A stretch of 64,000 nt of DNA, taken from assembly GCF_009914755.1 (NCBI RefSeq), contig NC_060946.1; one strand, written 5' to 3'. The stretch comes from the human T2T-CHM13v2.0 reference genome, Homo sapiens. The position numbers and the translations under genes were made by a program. The number at the start of each line of letters is the position of its first letter. Position 1 is the first letter of the stretch. Of the stretch, positions 13,954-44,743 are shown one piece after another. Under the pieces are notes generated by a model. It made no database searches. It saw nothing but the letters and a program-made list of their open reading frames with translations, and was not told the DNA's origin.

Positions 13954-14969
13954 TGTAAGAGAAAAGAAAGAGAGATCAGACTGTTACTGTGTCTATATAG
14001 AAAGGAAAGACGTAAGAGACTCCATTTTGAAAAAGACTTGTACTTTAAACAATTGCTTTGCTGAGAAGTTAATTTGTAGCTTTGCCCCAGCCACTTTGTG
14101 ACTCAACCTGGAGCTCACAAAAACATGTGTTGTATGAAATCAAGGTTTAAGGGATCTAGGGCTGTGCAGGATGTGCCTTGTTAACAAAATATTTACAAGC
14201 AGTATACTTGGTAAAAGTCATCGCCATTCTCTAGTCTCAATAAACGAGGGGCACAATGCACTGCAGAAAGCCGCAGGGACCTCTGCTCTTGAAAGCGGGA
14301 TGTTGTCCAAGGTTACTCCCCATGTGATAGTCTGAAATATGGCCTCATGGGATGAGAAAGACCTGACTGTCCCCCAGCCCGACACCCGTTAAGGGTCTGT
14401 GCTGAGGTGGATTAGTAAAAGAGGAAAGCCTCTTGCAGTTGAGATAGAGGAAGGCCACTGTCTCCTGGTTGCCCCTGGTAACTGAATGTCTCAGTATAAA
14501 ACCTGATTGTACATTTGTTCAATTCTGAGATAAGAGAAAAACCGCCCTATGGTGGGAGGCGAGACATGTTTGCAGTAATGCTGCTTTGTTATTCTTTACT
14601 CCACTGAGATGTTTGGGTGGAGAGAAACATAAATCTGGCTTACGTGCACGTCCACTCATAGTACCTTCCCTAGAACTTAATTGTGACATAGATTTTTTTG
14701 CTCACATGTTTTTTGCTGACCTTCTCCTTATTATCACCCTGCTCTCCTACTACATTCCTTTTTGCTGAAATAATGAAAATAATAAGCAATAAAAACTGAG
14801 GGAACTCAGAGGCTGGTGCCTGTGCAGGTCCTTGGTATGCTGAGCGCCGGTCCCCTGGGCCTACTGTTGTTTCTCTATACTATGTCTCTGTGTCTTACTT
14901 CTTTTCTCAGTCTCTTGTCCCACCTGACTAGAAATACCTACAAGTCTGGAGGGGTGGGCCACCCCTTCA
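13954..14969 (+). mobile_element. Solo LTR of HERV-K(HML-2), LTR5A-like
   Basis: TG...CA, 1016 bp. Starts tgtaagagaaaagaaagagagatcagactgttactgtgtc and ends ggccaccccttca. Contains tataaaa and aataaa signals. 5-bp TSD ctcac at 13949-13953 and 14970-14974. Confidence 0.93.
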
Positions 14970-15264
14970 CTCACCAGCAAAAAGTTTATGACTTGGTAAG
15001 GCTCAGATATTCATTAGTATTTTTCAGCAATGAGGTATTTTAAGTTAATGTATGTACATAGTTTTGTAGACATAATGCGATTACTAATTAATTAATTAAT
15101 AATTATTAAATACTCATTAGACTACAACATAGTTTAAGCATAACTTTTATAAGCACTGGGAAACAAAGTGTTTATGCGATTAACTTGTTTGTAACATTTA
15201 CCTTATTGTGGTTGTCTGGAACCAAACCCACTATCTCTGAGAATGCTTGTAGGTTTTTGGTTGT

Positions 15265-15725
<461 letters not shown>

Positions 15726-17486
15726 TGCCTTTTCTTTCTAGTGGCACAAGCCCCGTGGAGTGTGGTGTGTCTGATCTCCAATGCTTTTGAACAGTGTAGA
15801 CAGTATTCCTGTCTGAATTTAATTTTTTACTACACGTATGGTCTCGATCGACCACAAGAAGATCAATAAGCCCTTCTCCTTATTCTACTTCCCTTTCTAG
15901 CAATGGAGAACTTTGATTGGATTTTTCCTGCCTACAGACAGGAATGAGTCTGCAGTTTTCTTTTTTAAACCCGAGGGGACTGAGCCTGAGGGCCTCGAGC
16001 GCGGCCACCCTCCCCCAACCCCCAACTGGTGATTGTGGTGGTGGTGGTTTTGTGTTCCAGCTTCTGTTTTGTTGTTGTTGTTGCTGCTGGTGGTGCTGTC
16101 GTCATTGTTTTGGTATCTTACAGACTCAGGGGGTGTACGTGCTTGTTTGTTAGATCGGCCTACTGCTGCCTCTGGTTGTAGAAGTGGATCTCCAGTGTAT
16201 CCGATACCCACGTGGCGAACATTGTCTCCGACAGGTGATTTATTCATCCCTTGTCCCCCTCTTACCCTCCTCCTCCCTTTTGGAGTGTCTTCTATTTCCA
16301 TCTTGATGACCGTGTGCGTACCCACTGTTTACCTCCCACTTGTAAGCAGAAGGCAGTTCACTGGGTACATACTTGCTTCCAGCTCTATCCATATTGTGGG
16401 AAAAGACGTGAAATCGCTCTTTTTTGTGCCTGAACCATTAGAGAATTTTAACTTTCTTGGTGGTTGTTTTCCTTTTTTCTTTTCTTTTCTTTTTTTTTTT
16501 TCTTTTCTTTCTTTTCTTTTCTTTCTTCCTCCTCCTCCTTCTTTTTTTCATTGTTTTCAGCTGGGCTCTCCTACTTGTGTTGCTCAGTTGCTCGGGCTTG
16601 TCTCAAACTCCTGGCCTTGACACTTCTCCCGTCACATCCACGGTCTAGTTGTTGAAATGAGCATCTCTTGTAAAATTGAAAAGATGAAAAAAATAAAGAG
16701 AAAGACAAAAAGCACGGGGTGAACGTTTCTCTTGCCGCCTCCCAGGGTGTACCTTGGACCCCATAGGAGGGAGGGAGCTTGGCTGGGTGGGTTTTTGGTG
16801 CTAAATCCTCCCGAGGGCCTCCTTCCCTCTCCCCCTTGTCCCCGCTTCTCCCCCAGCCAAGGCTCCCACCGCCGCGATGGGATTTTCCATGGGAGAGGTA
16901 TGGGAGAGGACTGATGCGGCTTCCAGATCTATATCCTGCCAGACGTCTCTGGCTCAGCGTCCCCCACCAGCTGCCTGCCACCTTCCAGGGAGCTCTGAGG
17001 CCGATGCCCCGCCCCGCTTCACATCCCGCCACCCTCCTCCAGCTGGCCTTTGCCCGGCGACCCCAAGGGAACGACGTTAATGCTGCTTTCGAATCCTCCA
17101 GCGAAGACTTCCACCAGATGCCCCGGGTGGGCCGGATGGGATGGACTGGATCACCCCGGACCATGCTGTTCTTGGGGGTGGGTTGACGTACAGGGTGGAC
17201 TGGCAGCCCCAGCATTGTAAAGGGTGCGCAGGTATGGAAATGTCACATAGGATGCCCTCCTTTCCCTCAGCCTGCCTTCAGCTTCCTCAGGCATGAAGAC
17301 AACTTCCCATCAGAACCTCTTTTCTTCCCTTTCTCCACCACACAGATGAGACCCATGAGAGGGAGAAACAGCTCAATAGATACTGCTGACCTTCATTTGT
17401 GGAATCCTCAGTCATCTACAGACAGAGAGGTGAGTAGACAGGGACCCAAATCAAACACCATTTCCGGGTCCTCATGGTGGGATTCG

Positions 17487-17487
<1 letters not shown>

Positions 17488-17541
<54 letters not shown>
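17488..17541. repeat. (TC)n(AC)n compound microsatellite
   Basis: Seen directly. Confidence 0.95.
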
Positions 17542-17545
<4 letters not shown>

Positions 17546-17671
17546 TTCCACATCTAGTTCACAAACCACACTAATTTACACTTTTCACAGTACGCAGTCT
17601 GAGTAAAACCCACCCCACCATCCACCCAGCTGCTGACGAAACCCCTTCTTTACAATTTATTAAAAAGATTA

Positions 17672-17960
<289 letters not shown>

Positions 17961-18124
17961 ATCATAATATTGTTATAAGATGTGTTGTGTGTGCTGATAC
18001 CCACCTGTAGTCACAGCTACTCAGGAGGCTGAGACAAGGAGAAGATCACTTGAGGCCCCACAGGTCGAGGTTTCAGTCAGCTGTATCCTGGGTAGTCACT
18101 AGTCAAAGAGATATGCCCCTCCCC

Positions 18125-18358
18125 GTTTTCTTTTCTTTTCTTTTCTTCTTTTCTCTCTTCTTTTTTCTTCTCTCTTCTTCCTTCCTTTCTTTCTTCTTTC
18201 TTTCTCTCACTCTCTTTCTTTCTTTCTCTCTTTCTTTCTTTCTCTTCTTTCTTTCTTTCCCTTTCTTTCTTTCTTTATTTTTTTCTTTCTTTCCTGCCTG
18301 ACTGGCTTCCTGCCTTTCTTATTTTCTCCCTTCCTCTCTTCCTCCCTTCCTTCTTTCC
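18125..18358. repeat. CT-rich/(CTTT)n tract
   Basis: Polypyrimidine tract seen directly. Confidence 0.9.
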
Positions 18359-18602
18359 TCCCGCCTCGGCCTCCCAAAGTGCTGGGATTACTGGCGTGAG
18401 GCACCACGCCTGCTTGGCCTAAAGAGAGACCCTTTGAAAGTAAGACACATACAGCGCCTTCTAGTGATCTGATTGATTGATTGACTGATTTAGAGACAGC
18501 GTCTCGCTCTGTCACCCTGGCAGTGGTGCCATCATAACTCACTCACTGCAGTGTGGAAGCTCCTGGACTCAAGCGATCCTTCCACCTCAGCCTCCAGAGT
18601 AG

Positions 18603-18954
<352 letters not shown>

Positions 18955-19243
18955 TTCATTTTTAAATGTTTTTCCACAGACAGGGTCTCATCATTTTGTT
19001 GCAACCCTCCTGACCCGGCGTCTCAAAGTGCTGGCGTGAAGGGCGTGAGCCACTGCACCTGGACTCCGGGGAATGATTCACGACCATGACCGCTGTACTA
19101 ATTCTTTCTTTCTTCTTTCTTTCTTTCTTTCTTTCTTTCTTTCATTGATGAATTTTTTTATTATTGATTGATTGATTGATTGATTGATTTTGAGATGGAG
19201 TCTCGCTCTGGTCGAGGCGAGGCGAGGGGAGGCGAGGCGAGGT

Positions 19244-30532
<11,289 letters not shown>

Positions 30533-33227
30533 TCACAAAGAGAGAGTTTCAAAACTGCTCAATCAAAAGAAAGGATCAACTCTCTGAGATGAACGAACAC
30601 ATCACAAAGAAGTTTCTCAGAACTCTTCTGTCTAGTTTTTATGTGAAGATATTTCTTTTTCCACCGTAGGCCTCAGAAAGCTCCAAATATCCACTTGCAG
30701 ATTCTACAAAAGAGAGTTTCAAAACTGCTCACTCAAAAGAAAATTTTAACTCTATGAGATGAATGCACACATCACAAAGTAGTTTCTCAGATTGCTTCTG
30801 TCTATAATTTATATGAAGATGTTTCCTTTTCCACCATAGACCCCAAATCGCTCCAAATGTCTACTTGCAGATTCTACAAAAAGAGTGTTTCCAAACTGCT
30901 CAATCAAAAGGAATGTTCAACTCTGTGAGAAGAATGCACACATCACAAAGTAGTTTCTCAAAATTCTTCTGTCTACTTTTTAAGTGAAGATATTTCCTTT
31001 TCCACAGCAGGTCTCAAAGTGCTCCAAATGTCCACTTGCAAATTCTACAAAAAGAGAGTTTCAAATCTGCTCCATCCAAAGAAAACTTCAGCTCTGTGAG
31101 ATGAATGCACACATCACAAAGAAGTTTCTCAGATTGCTTCTGTCTAGATTTTATGTGAAGATATTTCCTTTTCCAACACAGGCCTCATAGAGCCCCAAAT
31201 GTCCACTTGCAATTCTACAAAAAGAGAATTTCAAAACTGCTCTATCAAAAGAAAGGTTTAACTCCGTGAGATGAATGCACACATCACAAAGTAGTTTCTC
31301 AGGTTGTTTCTGTCTAGATTTTATGTGAAGATATTTCTTTTTCTACCATAGTCCAGAAAGCTCTCCAGATGTCCACTGGCAGATTCTACAAAAAGAGTGT
31401 TTCCAAACTGCTCAATCAAAAGAAAGGTTCAACTCTGTGACATGAACGCATGCATCACAAAGATGTTTCTCAGAATTTTTCTGTCTAGTTTTTATGTGAA
31501 GATATTTCCTTTTCCACCATACGCCTCAAAGTGCTGCAAATATTCACTTGAGGATTCAACAAAAAGAGAGTTTGAAAACTCCTCAATCAAAAGAAAATTT
31601 TAACTCTGTGAGATAAATGCACACATCACAAAGAAGTTTCTCAGATTGCTTCTGTTTACTTTTTATGTGAAGATATGCCCTTTTCCACCATAGGCCTTTA
31701 AGCGCTCCAAATGTCCACTTGCAGATACTTCAAAAAGAGAGTTTCAAAACTGCTCTATCAAAAGACATGTTCAACTCTGTGAGTTGAATGCACACATCAC
31801 ACACAAGTTGCTCAGAATGCTTCTCTGTAGTTTTTATGTTAAGATATTACCTTTTCCACCAGAGGCCTCAAAGTGCTTGAAATATACTCTTGCAGATTCT
31901 ACAAAAAGAGTGTTTCAAAACTGCTCAATCAAAAGAAATGTTCAACTCTGTGAGGTTAATTCACACTTCAAAAAGAAGTTTCTGAGAATTTTTCTGTTAA
32001 TTTTTATGGGAAGATATTTCCTTTTCCACAGTAGGCCTCAAAGCCCTGCAAATATCCACTTGCAGATTCTACAAAAAGAGTATTTCAAAACTCCTCAATC
32101 AAATGAAATGTTCAACTCTGTGAGATGAATGCATACATGACAAAGAAGTTTCTCAGAATGCTTCTGTGTAGTTTTTATGAGAATTTATTTCCTTTTCCAC
32201 CATAGAGCACAAAGGGCTCAAAATATCCACTTGAAGATTCCAAAAGAAGAGAGTTTCAAAACTCGTCTAAGAAAAGATAGGTTCAACTCTGTGAATTGAA
32301 TGCACTCATCAAAAGGAAGTTTATCAGAATACTTCTGTGTAGTTTTTATGTGAATATATTTATTTACCAACATTGGCCAAAATGCCCTACAAATATCCAC
32401 TTGCAGACACTATGAAAAGAGTGTTCCAAAACTACTCAATCAAAAGAAAGATTCTACATTTTCAGATGAATGCACACATCACAAAGAAGTTTCTCAGAAT
32501 GCTTCTGTGTAGTTTTTATGTGAAGATAGTTCCTTTTCCACCATAGGCTGCAAAGGGCTCTAATATCCATTGCAGATTCTACAAAAAGAGATTTTCAAAA
32601 CTGCTCTATCAAAAGATAGGTTCAACTCTGTGAGATGAAAGCACACATTACAAAGAAGTTTCTCAGAATGCTTCTGTGTAGTTTTTTTGTGAAGATATTT
32701 TGTTTTCCACATTAGACCACAAAGCGCTCCAAATATCCACTTGCAGATTCTACAAAAAGAGTGTTTCCAAACTGCTCAAAAAAATGGGATGTACAACTCT
32801 GTGAGATGAGTGCACACATCACAAAGAAGTTTATCAGAATGCTTCTGTGTAGTTTTTATGTGAAGATATTTCCTTTTCCACCATCGGCCACAAGGGGCTC
32901 TAAATAACCACTTGCAGATTCTACAAAAAAGTTTAAAAACTGCTCTATCAAAAGATAGGTTCAACTCTGTGAGTTGAATGCAAACATCACAAAGAAGTTT
33001 CTGAGAATGCTTCTGTGTAGTTTTTATGTGAAGATATTTCCTTTTCCACCACAGGCCTCCAAGCCCTCTAAATATCCATCTGCTGATTCTACAAAAAGAG
33101 AGATTCAAAACTGCTCAATCAAAGGAAAGGTTCAGCTCTGTGAGATGAGTGCACACATCACAAAGAAGTTTCTCAAAATGCTTCTGTGTGGTTTTTATGT
33201 GAAGATATTTCCTTTTCCACATTAGGT
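30533..33227 (-). repeat. Alpha satellite, inverted block (A-type then B-type monomers)
   Basis: Reverse-orientation monomers (aactctgtgagatgaatgcacacatcacaaagaagtttctcag). Variant class switches near 31750. Confidence 0.93.
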
Positions 33228-36200
33228 CTCTCTTTTCATAGAATCTACAAGTGGATATTTGGAGACCTTTGCAGCTTATGGTGGAAAAGAAAATATCCTC
33301 ACCTAAAAACTATACAGAAGCATTCTGAGAAACTCCTTTGTGATGTGAGCATTCATCTCACGGAGTTGAACATTTCTTTTGATTGAGAAGTTTTGAAACA
33401 CTCATTTTGTAGAGTCTGCAAGTGGATATTTGGAGCCCCTTGTGGCCCATTGTGGAAAATGGAATATCTTCTCATAAAAACTACACAGAAGCATTCTGAG
33501 AAACTTCTTTGTGATGTGTGCATTCAACTCAAAAGGTTCAACCTATCTTTTGATAGAGCAGTTTTGATACTCTCTTTTTGTAGAATCTGCAAGTGCATAT
33601 TTGGAGCCCTTTGCGACCTATGGTGGAAAAGGAAATATCTTCACATAAAAACTACACTGAATCATTCTGAGAAACTTCTTTGTCATCTGTGCATTCATCT
33701 CACAGAGTTGAACCTCTCTTTTGATAGAGCAGTTTGGAAACACTCATTTTGCAGAATCTGCAAGTGGATATATACAGCGATTTGAGGTCTATTGTGGAAA
33801 ATGAAATATCTTCATATAAAAACTACACAGAAGCATTCTGAGAAACTTCTTTGAGATGTGTGCATTCATCTCACAGAGTTGAACATTTCTTTTGATTGAG
33901 CAGTTTTGAAGCACTCTTGTTTTATAATCTGCAAGTGGATAACAGGAGCGCTTTCAGTACTATGTTGTAAAAGGAAATATCTTCACATAAAAACTAAACA
34001 GAATCATTCTGAGAAACTTCTTTGTGATGTGTGCATACAACTCACAGAGTTGAACATATCTTTTGATAGAGCAATTTGGAAACTCTCTTTCTGTAGAATC
34101 TGCAAGTGTATATTTGGAGCCCTTTGTGGCTGATGGTGGAAAAGGAAATATCTTCCCCTAAAAACTACACAGAAGCACTCGGCGAAACTTGTTTGTGATG
34201 TGTGCATTCATCTCTCAGAGTTGAATCTTTCATTTGATTAAGCAGTTTTGAAAACCTCGTTTTGTAGAATCTGCAAGTGTATATTTTGAGAGCTTTCTGG
34301 TCTATTGTTGAAAAGGAAATATCTTCACATAAAAACTACACAGAAGCATTCTCAGAAACTTCTTTGTGATGTTTGCATTCACCTCACAGATTTGAAACTT
34401 TCTTTTGATTGAGCAGTTTGGAAACACTCCTTTAGTAGAATCTGCAGGTGGATATTTTGTGCCCTTGGAGGCCTACTATGAAAAAGGAAATATCTTCCCA
34501 TAAAAACTACAGAGCAGCATTCTGAGAAACTTCTTTGTGATGTGTGCATTCAACTCACAGAATTGAACCTATCTATTGATAGAGAAGTTTTGAAACTCCT
34601 TTTGTAGACTGCAAGTGGATATTTGGAACGCTTTGAGTCCTATGTTGGGAAAGGAAATATCTTCACATAAAAACTACACAAAAGCATTCTGAGAAACAGC
34701 TTTGGGTTGTGTGCATTCACCTCACAGTTTTGAACCTCTCTTTTGATTGAGCAGTTTGGAAACACACTTTTTGTAGTATCTGTAAATGGATATATGGAGT
34801 GCTTTGAGGCCTATTGTGGAAAAGGAAATATCTTCACATAAAAATCATACAGAAGCATTCTGAGAAACTTCTTTGTGATGTGGGCATTCATCACAGAGTG
34901 TTGAACCTCTGTTTTTATTGAGCAGTTTGGAAACAATCTTTTTGTAGAATCTGCAAGTGGATATATGGAGCCCTTTGAGTCCTGCTGTGGAAAAGGAAAT
35001 ATTTTCATATTAAAACTACACAGAAGCATTCTGAGAAACTTCTTTGTGATCTGTGCATTCATCTCACAGAGTTGAACCTTTCTCTTGATTAAGCAGTTTT
35101 GAAACACTCTTTTCATAGTATCTGCAAGTGTATATTTGGAACGCTTTGAGGTCTATGGTGGAAAAGGATATATCTTCATATAAAAACTACACAGAAGGAT
35201 TCTCAGAAACCTCTTTGTGATGTGTGCATTCAATTCACAGAGTTCAACATATCTTCTGATAGAGCAGATTAGAAACTTTCTATTTGCAGAATCTGCAGGT
35301 GGATATTTGGAGGGCTTTGTGGCTTATGATGGACAAGGAAATGTCTTCATATAAAAACTACACAGAAGGATTCTGGGAAACTTATTTTTGATGTGTGCAT
35401 TCATCTCACAGAGTTGAACCCTTCTTTTGATTGCGCACTTTTGAAACACTTATTTTGTAGAATCTGCAAGTGGATATTTGGAGCGCTTTGAGGAATATGG
35501 TGGAAAAGGAAATAACTTCACATAAAAACTACACAGAAGCATTCTGAAAAACTCCTTTGTTATGTGTGCATTCATATCGCAGAGTTGAACCTATCTTTTG
35601 ATTGAGCAGTTTTGAAACTCTGTTTTTGTAAAATCTGCAATTGGATATTTGGAACACTTTGAAGTCTATGGTAGAAAAGAAAATATCTTCACATAAAAAC
35701 TACACAGAAGCATTCTCACAAACTTCTTTGTTCTCTGTGCATTCGTCTTACAGAGTTGAACCTTTCTTTTGATTGAGCAGTTTAGAAACACTCTTTTTGT
35801 AGAATCTGCAAGTGAATATTTGTATCGCTTATAGGCCTATGGTGGAAAAGGAAATATCTTCACATAAAAGCTTCACAGAAATATTCTGAGAAACTTCTTT
35901 GTGATGTGTGCATTCATCTCACAGGGTTAAACCTATATTTTAATAGAGCAGCTTTGAAACTCTCTTTTTGTAGAATCTGCAAGTGGATATTTGGAGCCCT
36001 ATGCAGCCTATGGTGGAAAAGGAAATCACTTCACATAGAAATTATACAGAAGCATTCTGAGAAACTTCTTTATGATGTGTGGATTCATCTCACAAAGGTG
36101 AACCTCGCTTTTGGTTGAGCTGTCTGGAAACACTCTTTTTGTAGGATCTGCAATTGGATATATGCAGTGCTCTGAGACCTATTGTGGAACAGGAAATATC

Positions 36201-38614
36201 TTCACATAAAAACTACACAAAAGCATTCTGAGAAACTTCTTTGTGATGTGTGCATTCATCTCACCGACTTGAACATTTCATTTGATTGAGCAGTTTTGAA
36301 ACACTCTTTTTGTAGAATCTGCAAGTGGATATTTGCTGCGTTTTCAGGCCTATTGTGAAAAAGGAAATATCTTCCCTTAAAAACTACAAAGAAGCATACT
36401 CAGAAACTTCTTTGTGATGTATGCATTCATCTCACAGAGTTGAACCGTTCTTTTGATTGAGCAGTTCGGAAACACTCTTTTAGTAGAATCTGCAAGTGGA
36501 TATTTGAAACCCTGGAGTACTGTATTGGAAAAGGAAATATCTTCACATAAAAATGACACAGAAGCATTTGGGAATACTTCTTTGTGATGTGTGCATTCAC
36601 CTCACAGAGTTGAACCTTTCTTTTGATTGACGAGTTTTGAAATCCTCTTTTTGTATAATCTGCAATTGGATATTTGTAGCTCTTTGAGGCCTATGGTGGA
36701 AAAGGAAATATCTTAACATAAAAATTACACAGAAGCACTCTGAGAAACTTCTTTTTGACGTCTGCATTCATCTCACAGAGGAGAAACTTTCATTTGATTG
36801 AGCAGTTTTGAAACACTCTTTTTGTAGAATCTGCAATTGGATATTTGGAGCACTTTGAGGCCTATTGTGGAAAAGGAAATATCTTCACATAAAAACTACC
36901 CGGAAGCATTCTCAGAAACTTCTTTTTGATGTGTGCTTTCATCTCACAGTGTTGAACATTTCTTTTGATTTAGCTGTTTGGAAACACACTTTTACTAGAA
37001 TCTGCAAGTGGATATTTTGAGCCCTTGGACGCTTATTGAGGAAAAGGAAACATCTTCACATAAAAACTACACAGAAGACTTCTGAGAAAATTCTTTGTGA
37101 TGTGTGCATTCATGTCAGAGTTGAACCTTTCTTTTGATTGAGCAGTTTTGAAACTCTCTTTTTGTTGAATCTGTAAGTGGTTATTTGGAGTCCTTTGTGG
37201 CCGATGGTGGAAAAGGAAATATCTTCCCATAAAACGGCACAGAAGCATTCTGAGAAACTTCTTAGTGATCTGTGCACTCATTGCACAGAGTTGAACATTT
37301 CATTCGATAGAGCAGTTTTGAACCACTCTTTTCACAGAATCTGCAAGCGGATAATTGCAGAGCTTTGAGACCTATTGTGGAAAAGGAAATATCTTCCCAT
37401 AAAAACTACACAGAAGCATTCTCAGAAACTTCTTTGTGATATGTGCATTCATCTCACAGAGTTGAACCTTTCTTTTGATTGAGCAGTTTGGCAAAACTCT
37501 TTTAGAAGAATCTGCAAGTAGATATTTGGAGCCCTTGGAGGCCTATTGTGGAAAAGGAAATATCTTCACATAAAAACTAAACAGAAGCATTCAGAGAAAC
37601 TTCTTTGTGATGTGTGCATTCAACACACAGAGTTGAACATATCTTTTGATAGAGCAGTTTTGAAACTGTCTTTTTGTAGAATCTGCAAGTGGATATTTGG
37701 AGCTCTTTGGGGCCTTTGGTGGAAATGACAATATCTTCACATAAAAACTAAACAGAAGCATTTGGAGAAACTTATTTTTATTGTGTGCATTCATCTCACA
37801 GAGGTGAAACTCTCTATTGATTGAGCAGAGTGGAAACGGTCTTTTTGTAGAATCTGCAAGTGGATATATGAAGCACTTTGAGGCCTATTGTGGAAAAGGA
37901 AATATCTTCATAGAAAAACTACACGGAAGCATTCTGAGAAAATTCTTCATGATGTGTGCATTCATCTCACAGAGTTGAAGCTTTCAATTGATTGAGCAGT
38001 TTTGAAACTCTCTTTTAGTAGAATCTGCAAGTGGATACTTGGAGCGCTTTGAGGCCTAAGATGGAAAAGGAAATATCTTCACATAAAAACTTCACAGATG
38101 CATGCTGGGAAACTTCTTTGTGATGTGTGCATTCATCTCACAGTGTTGAACATATCTTTTTATGTGGGAGTTTTGAAACTCTCTTTTTGTAGAATCTGCA
38201 AGAGGATATTTGGAGCTCTTTGTGGCCTATGGTGGAAAAGGAAATTTCTTCTCATAAACACTACACAGAAGCATTCTGAGAAACTCCTTTGTGATGTGTG
38301 CATTCAACTCACAGAGATAAAAATTTCTTTTCATAGAGCAGTTTTGAAACTCTCTTTTTGTAGAATCTGCAAGTGGATATTTGGAGTCGTTTGTGGCCTA
38401 TTGAAGAAAAGGAAATATCTTCACATAAAAACTACTCAGAAGCATTCTGAGAAACTTCTTTGTGATGTGTGCATTCATCTCACAGAGTTGAACTTTTCTG
38501 TTGATTGAGAAGTTTTGAAACACTCTTTTTTTAGAATCTTCAATTGGATATTTAGAGCACTTTGGGGCCTATTGTGGAAAAGGAAATACCTTCACATAGA
38601 AACTACACAGAAGC
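33228..38614 (+). repeat. Alpha satellite, monomeric block B
   Basis: aaaaactacacagaagcattctgag / ggatattt type monomers. Confidence 0.95.
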
Positions 38615-39520
38615 GGTGCTGAGCCAAGATGGCCAAATACGAAGAGCTCTGGTCTACAGCTCCCAGCATGAGCCACGCAGAAGACAGGTGATTTCCGCAT
38701 TTCCATCTGAGGTACCGGGTTCATCTCAGTAGGGAGTGCCAGAGAGTGGGTGCAGGTCAGTGGGTGCATGCACTGTGCACAAGCTGAAGCAGGGCGAGGC
38801 ATTACCTCACTCGGGAAGCGCAAGGGGTCAGAGAGTTCCCATTTCTAGTCAAAGAATGGGGTGACAGACAGCACCTGGAAAATCAGGTCACTCCCACCCA
38901 AATACTGCGCTTTTCCAACGGGCTTAAAAAATGGCGCACAAGGAGATTGTATCCTGCACCTGGCTCAGAGCATCCTACGCCCATGAAGTCTCACTGATTG
39001 CTAGTTCAACAGTCTGAGATCAAACTGCAAGGCGGCAGCGAGGCAGGGGGAGGGTAGCCTGCCATTGCCCAGGCTTGCTTAGGTAAACAAAGGAACCTGG
39101 AAGCTCGAACTAGGTGGAGCCCACCACAGCTCAAGGAGGCCTGCCTGTCTCTGTAGACTCCACCTCTGGGGGCAGGGCACAGACAAACAAAAAGACAGCG
39201 GTAACCTCTGCAGACTAAAATGTCCCTGTCTGACAGCTTTGAAGAGAGCAGTGGCTCTCCCAGCACACAGCTGGAGATCTGAGAATGCTCAGACTGCCTC
39301 CTCAAGTGGGTCCCTGACACCTGACCCCCAGGCAGCCTAACTGGGAGGCACCCCCCAGGAGGGGCAGACTGACACCTCACAAGGCCGGGTACTCTAACAG
39401 ACCTGCAGCTGAGTGTCCTATCTGTTAGAAGGAAAACTAACAAACAGAAAGGACATCCACACCAAAAACCCATCTGTACATCACCATCATCAAAGACCTA
39501 AAGTAGATAAAACCACAAAG

Positions 39521-40481
39521 ATGGGGAAAAAACAGAGCAGAAAAACTGGAAACTCTAAAAAACAGAGCACCTCTCCTCCTCCAAAGGAATGCATTTCCTC
39601 ACCAGCAACGGAAAGAAGCTGGACAGAGAATGACTTTGACGAGCTGACAGAAGAAGGCTTCAGATGATCAAATTATTCCGAGCTACGGGAGGATATTCAA
39701 ACCAAAGGCAAAGAAGTTGAAAACTTTGAAAAAAGTTTCGAAGAATGTATAACTAGAAAAACCAATACAGACAAGTGCTTAAAGGAGCTGATGGAGCTGA
39801 AAACCAAGGCTCGAGAACTACGTGAAGAATGCAGAAGCCTCAGGAGCTGATGCGATCAACTGGAAGAAAGGGTATCAGCAATGGAAGATGAAATGAATGA
39901 AATAAAGCGAGAGGGAAAGTTTAGAGAAAAAAGAATAAAAAGAAACGAGCAAAGCCTCCCGAAAGTGATGGGGAGAATGGAACCAACTTGGAAAACACTC
40001 TGCAGGATATTATCCAGGAGAAATTCCCCAATCTAGCAAGGCAGGCCAACATTCAGATTCAGGAAATACAGAGAATGCCACAAAGATACTCCTCGAGAAG
40101 AGCAACTCCAAGACACACAATTGTCAGATTCACCAACGTTGAAATGAAAGAAAAAATGTTAAGAGCAGCCAGAGAGAAAGGTCGGGTTACCCTAAAAGGG
40201 AAGCCCATCAGACTAACAGCAGATCTCTCTGCAGAAACTCTACAAACAAGAAAAAAGTGGGGGCCAATATTCAACATTCTTAAAGAAAAGAATTTTCAAC
40301 CCAGAATTTCATATCCAGCCAAACTAAGCTTCCTAAGTGAAAGATAAAATACTTTACAGACAAGCAAATGCTGAGAGATTTTGTCACCACCAGGCCTGCC
40401 CTAAAAGAGCTCCTGAAGGAAGTGCTAAACATGGAAAGGAAAAACTGGTACCAGCCACTGCAAAATCATGCCAAAATGTAA
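39521..40481 (+). pseudogene. L1 ORF1p, disrupted
   Basis: MGKKQSRKTGNSKKQS...; premature TGA at 39665; ~50-bp deletion at ~39960; frameshift near 40335; ends atgccaaaatgtaa. Confidence 0.92.
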
Positions 40482-40544
40482 AGACGATCGAGAATAGGAA
40501 GAAACTGCATCAATTAACAAGCAAGATAACGAGCTAACATCATA

Positions 40545-44521
<3,977 letters not shown>

Positions 44522-44743
44522 AAAATGAGGACACTTGGACACCGGCAGGGGAACATCACACTCTGGGGACTGTTGTGGGGTGGGGGGAGGGAGGATAGCA
44601 TTGGGAGATATACCTAATGATAGATGATGAGTTAGTGGATGCAGCGTACCAATATGGCACATATATACATATGTAACTAACCTGCACATTGTGCATATGT
44701 ACCCTAAAACTTAAAGTATAATAATAATATATGAATAAAAAAA